This document shows, piece after piece, positions 59,818 to 64,000 of a stretch of DNA of 64,000 nt. Origin of the DNA: the human T2T-CHM13v2.0 reference genome, Homo sapiens; NCBI RefSeq assembly GCF_009914755.1, contig NC_060936.1, one strand, 5' to 3'. The number at the start of each line of letters is the position of its first letter. Within the stretch, counting starts at the first letter, position 1. The translations under genes were made by a program, and so were the position numbers. Below the pieces are notes generated by a model. It was not told the origin of the DNA. It saw only the letters and a list, made by a program, of their open reading frames with translations, and searched no databases.

Positions 59818-60510
59818 TCAGTTGATGAATTGATAAACAAAGCATCATGTATCTATGCAATATTATTTGTTCATAAAAATAATTTAGTAGTGATACATGT
59901 TATAACACAAATGAACCTCGAACATCATTGTAATGAATCAAACTAGACAAAAAGGCCATGTAGTGAGTGATTCTATTTATGGGACATGTCTAGAATAGGC
60001 AAAATAATAGAGAAGAAAATAGACAGTACTTTCTAGGGACTGAGGTAAAGGGGAAATGGGTAGTGAATGCTATAGGGTTTCTTTCGGGTGTGACAAAAAT
60101 ATTCTAAAATTAGGTGGTAATGGTTGTTCTAAAATTCGATTTTGGTAAATATGCTAAAAACTACTGGATTGTGCACTGTAAATGGTTTAATTTTATGGTA
60201 TATGAATTACATCTCATAAAAAGCTATAATTTAAAAAATGACAGAGCAGAAATGTGAAAAAAGAAAACCCTAAGAAGAGAATGCTAGCAATTTAACCTTT
60301 TATGTTTAGAAGTATTATAAGCTATGAAATATTAAAGAAACTATAAAGTAATATATAAGATGAATTATTTTAAATGTAAAGGTATAAAAAATGAAAAGGG
60401 ATTTAGGGTGGTTTATGATTTAAATGATAAATGACCCCATGGCAATGATCATTGTTGCTTTGCACTGTAACCAACATAGTCCCAATACAATGTAAATGCC
60501 TACTCCATAC

Positions 60511-60519
60511 TTTTTTCTC

Positions 60520-60571
<52 letters not shown>

Positions 60572-60800
60572 TTCTTTCTTTCTTCTGCAACCTCGACTAC
60601 CAGTGATTCTGCCACTCAGCCTCCTGAGTAGCTGGGATCACAGGTGCGCACAATCACGCTCAGCTAATTTTTGTATTATTTGTAGAGACAGGGTTTTGCC
60701 ATGTTGCCCAGGCTGGTTTCAAACTCCTAGGCTCGACTGATCTGCCTGCCTTGGCCTCCCAAAGTGTTGGGATTACAGGCGTGAGCCACCACACCTGGCC
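60511..60800 (-). mobile_element. AluJ with (TTTC)n tail and deletion of the 3' end of the right arm
   Basis: (TTTC)n joins directly to CTGCAACCTC; TSD-like CATACTTTT on both sides. Confidence 0.9.
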
Positions 60801-61974
60801 AATACATACTTTTAATTATACTACTCTTTCAGTTTTAGCATTGTTATTTTAAGAATGTGTAATGGCTAGCACTTAGCCTTAGTAAAACTAAAGACCTGGA
60901 AATGTATTCTATTTTTTTTTAAAGGTCCCAGCAAGGTCTTCAAAAGGGATTCTAAAATTTAAAATTCCATTACATGTACATTATAATAAAATAAAGGTGA
61001 GGCAATAAAGGTAAGGTAATACCATAAAATAAAGATAGTAAAATGCAAAATTCAAGATGCTAAAGGAATTAGTAAATAACGCTAAATTAGAAGAAATTTG
61101 GAAGAAAATATATGTTTTGTATTTATTAGGTTTCATCTAAAGCAAAGAAAGTTATTTTTAGAATCAGTGATATCTTTCTTATTTATAACAGTGCATGAAG
61201 ATAACTAAATTTACTAGGAGAGAATGATATTGAATTATTCAACAGAAATACTTTAGGTTTTTTTCACAACGATGAAATGAAGAAAACATAAAAATAACGA
61301 ATCGGCATATTTGAGTTTTAAGTATCTAGATAAAGATGAATATTGGCCACATTTAAATTTCAAATAAGATCTATGATTTTCTTGGTTCAGCACTGTAGCA
61401 AAATGTTATTTTTCTTATGTACCAGTAATAAATACTTTATGTACAGTGGATATTTTCTCTTTCATACTTGCTAATTTAAAAAGAAAATGAGTGATAATAA
61501 AGTAAGTTGTGAATAGATTGCCATAGTATTCTATACAATCATCACTTCTTTTTTTACTTTAGCTATACTTATGCCTCATTTTCATTATATTTCTCTAAAA
61601 TTCATTTTTACTTCTACGAACTCATCTTATTTCCTCTGTCCTATGATCTCATCTTATTACCTCTTGTCATTTTATGTGTCTTTTAGCATAATTCTCCTAT
61701 TATATATTTTACTCATCTGCTTTGTTTCATAAATCTGTTTATTAGATATGAAAATATTTTCCTTTATAATCAAATGTTAATTCTTTCCTAAAACACTAGT
61801 TCACATACATGAAAAACTATAACCTGTCTTTGAAGTTAAGTCAATTAGAAGAGATTACTAGTAGCAGTTTTCTTTCACTTACTGGGATTATTTTAATTTT
61901 CTACCTCTCTACAGGAATCTGAATCATCTCCCCAACCCATAGGATTTTGGGTTCACTACACTGATGATATCTTT

Positions 61975-63403
61975 TTAGGATCTGGTGGCAAGAATCAACA
62001 AATACCCTAGATGCCTTGGTGTGACATACAATGTGCCAGATGGTGGGAAGTATTCCCCATGAAAATTTGGGCGCCTGCCACCATGGTGAAGTTTCTAAGT
62101 TGCCAGTGGTCTATGCCACATTAACTCATTCTCTACAAGGTGGAAGTTAAGTTGCTACACCTTACACACCCCTGCCATTGAGAAAAAGACCCTTTAGAGT
62201 CTGCAGGCAAAATGCATTCCCACCATTCCTACAGCCTGTACCTGTGATCTCATGGGAAGTTTTCTATAGCCAACTGTATGAGAAAGCTAAAAAAAATTAA
62301 GGCTGGTTTACACATTAAAAATAGATTTGCAACAAGTAACAACTACACAACTATAACATAACAACTCCACTCACTGGGGCCCTAGAAGACAGCAGGGGCA
62401 GAAACTTGGGCAGTGCACTTCAATGGTAGTGGAGATGACTAGACATATGGACACATACCCATGGATGAATGGATGGTGTCAGTAGATTTCCTGAACAGTC
62501 ATACAACATGAAAGGAAACTGACTTGAGGAGTAGTGACAAGGAAGTCAGAGGAAGAGGTAAATGGGAAATCAGCAAAAGACCTCTCGGGTCGTTACTTAG
62601 TGCAAATATATTTGTATCTCACATATACACTGCCTTGGCACAGGGCATACACTGCAGAGGAGTCTAAATAATCACATTGACAAGGTGACCTGCTCTGTGG
62701 ATGTTGGAAGTCAGGCTGCCTTAATGCTTTTTGTTTTTAGAGACAGGGTCTTGCTCTGGTGCTCAGGTTGGAGTGCAGTGGCATGATTACATCTCAGTGC
62801 AGCCTCAAACTCCTGGGCTCAAGCAATCCTCCTACCTCTGCATCCTGAGTAGCTAGGACTATAGGGGCAAGTGCCACCATGCCTGGCCTTTTGTTTTTTT
62901 TAAGTTTTTTGTAGAAACGGGATCTTGTCATGTTGCCCAGGCTGGTCTTGAACTCCTGTCCTCAAGCAGTCCTCCCATCTCAGCCTCCCAAAGTACTGGA
63001 TTATGGGCATGAGCCACCATGCCTGGTCAATTATCAGTCCTTTTTAACAACCACCCCACTGTTTGCCCAATAAATTCAAGAACGAGTTGTTCAATGCAGC
63101 TTAAATGGAAATTAGGCAAGAGTTAAACCATATGAGTGTAACCCTTTTCAAGGCTAACCTGGCCAGGAAAGTTGCTAAGTAATGAGTTTGCCAAGAGCTG
63201 AAATGAAAGCTGAGTCGCCAATATGGTACCATTCTCCGGGACATCTGGTGGCAAACTGATTACATTGGATTTTTATGTCATACTAAGGGTACCAATTTGA
63301 AATCACTGAAATAGACACCGTGGGTATGGATTTTCCTTCCCAGTCCCATAATATTCTGTCAGAAACATCGTCCTTGGATTCACTGAATGCCTTACTCATT
63401 ATC
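61975..63403 (+). mobile_element. Decayed ERVL internal pol (RNase H-integrase region)
   Basis: TGGTGGCAAACTGATTACATTGGA reads WWQTDYIG (ERVL integrase WWQVDYIG motif); ATAGACACC..GGGTATGGATTTTCCTTCCC reads IDT..GYGFSFP; CTTGGATTCACTGAATGCCTT resembles GLTECL. Confidence 0.85.
62728..63028 (-). mobile_element. AluJ inside ERVL pol
   Basis: AACTCCTGGGCTCAAGCAATCCTCC AluJ features. Confidence 0.93.
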
Positions 63404-64000
63404 TGTATTTGTCTGTTCTCACACTGCTATAAAGAACTACCTGAGATTGGGTAATTTATGAAGAAGAGAGGTTTATTTGACTCACAGTTCTGCAGGTTGT
63501 ACAGGAAGCATGGCTGGGAGGCCTTAGGAAACTTGTAATTACGGCAGAAGGTAAAGGGGAAGCAAGCATGTTTTACCATGGTGGAGCAGGAGAGAGAGCA
63601 AAGGGATAAGTGCTACACACTTTTTTTGAGACAGGGTCTTGCTCTGTCCCTCAGGTTGGAGTGTAGGGTTGCGATCTTAGCTCACTGCAACCTCTGCCTC
63701 CTGGGCTGAACCAATGCTCCCACCTCAGCCTCCCCAGAAGCTGGCACTACAGGCAGGCACCACTACACCCAGTTAATTTTTGTAGAGATGGGGTTTTGCC
63801 ATGTTGCCCTGGCTGGTTTCAAACTCCTGGGCTCAAGCAATCTGCCCGCCTTGGCCTCCCAAAGTGCTGAGATTACAGGCATAAGCCACTGCGCCCACCC
63901 ATGCTACACACTTTTAAACAACCAGATCTTGTGAAAACTCATTATCATGAAAACTAGAAGGGAGAAATATGCCCCCATGATCTAATCACCTCCCACTACG
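63404..64000 (-). mobile_element. MSTA-like MaLR LTR (runs off window), split by an Alu
   Basis: TGTATTTGTCTGTTCTCACACTGCTATAAAGAACTACCTGAGA...TTTAAACAACCAGATCTTGTGA. Confidence 0.88.
63621..63900 (-). mobile_element. AluJ inside the MSTA LTR
   Basis: TSD TGCTACACACTTTT at 63611-63624 and 63902-63915. Confidence 0.93.

Overview
Primate (almost certainly human, chr12q21) genomic DNA. The window holds the CpG-island promoter and first coding exon of LIN7A (minus strand, CDS part 6565-6484, MLKPSVTSAPTADMATLTVVQPLTLDR|GTAAG), the start of its intron 1 including the MIR618 hairpin (4578-4675), and about 57 kb of AT-rich upstream DNA dominated by transposon fossils: about 20 Alus, L1, L2, MIR, ERV1/ERVL/MaLR LTRs, hAT elements and a near full-length Tigger4/Zombi. 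Nearly all ORFs in the track are Alu, L1 or microsatellite artefacts. I do not see a new multi-gene system. The most interesting signals are small-scale: possible alternative translation starts of LIN7A, a long antisense ORF across the island, a structure-changing allele in pre-miR-618, a tandem 62-bp hairpin unit, two nested L1 tails joined at homologous positions, and a templated 124-bp local duplication. Repeat subfamily names are recognised from memory of consensus sequences and their boundaries are approximate.
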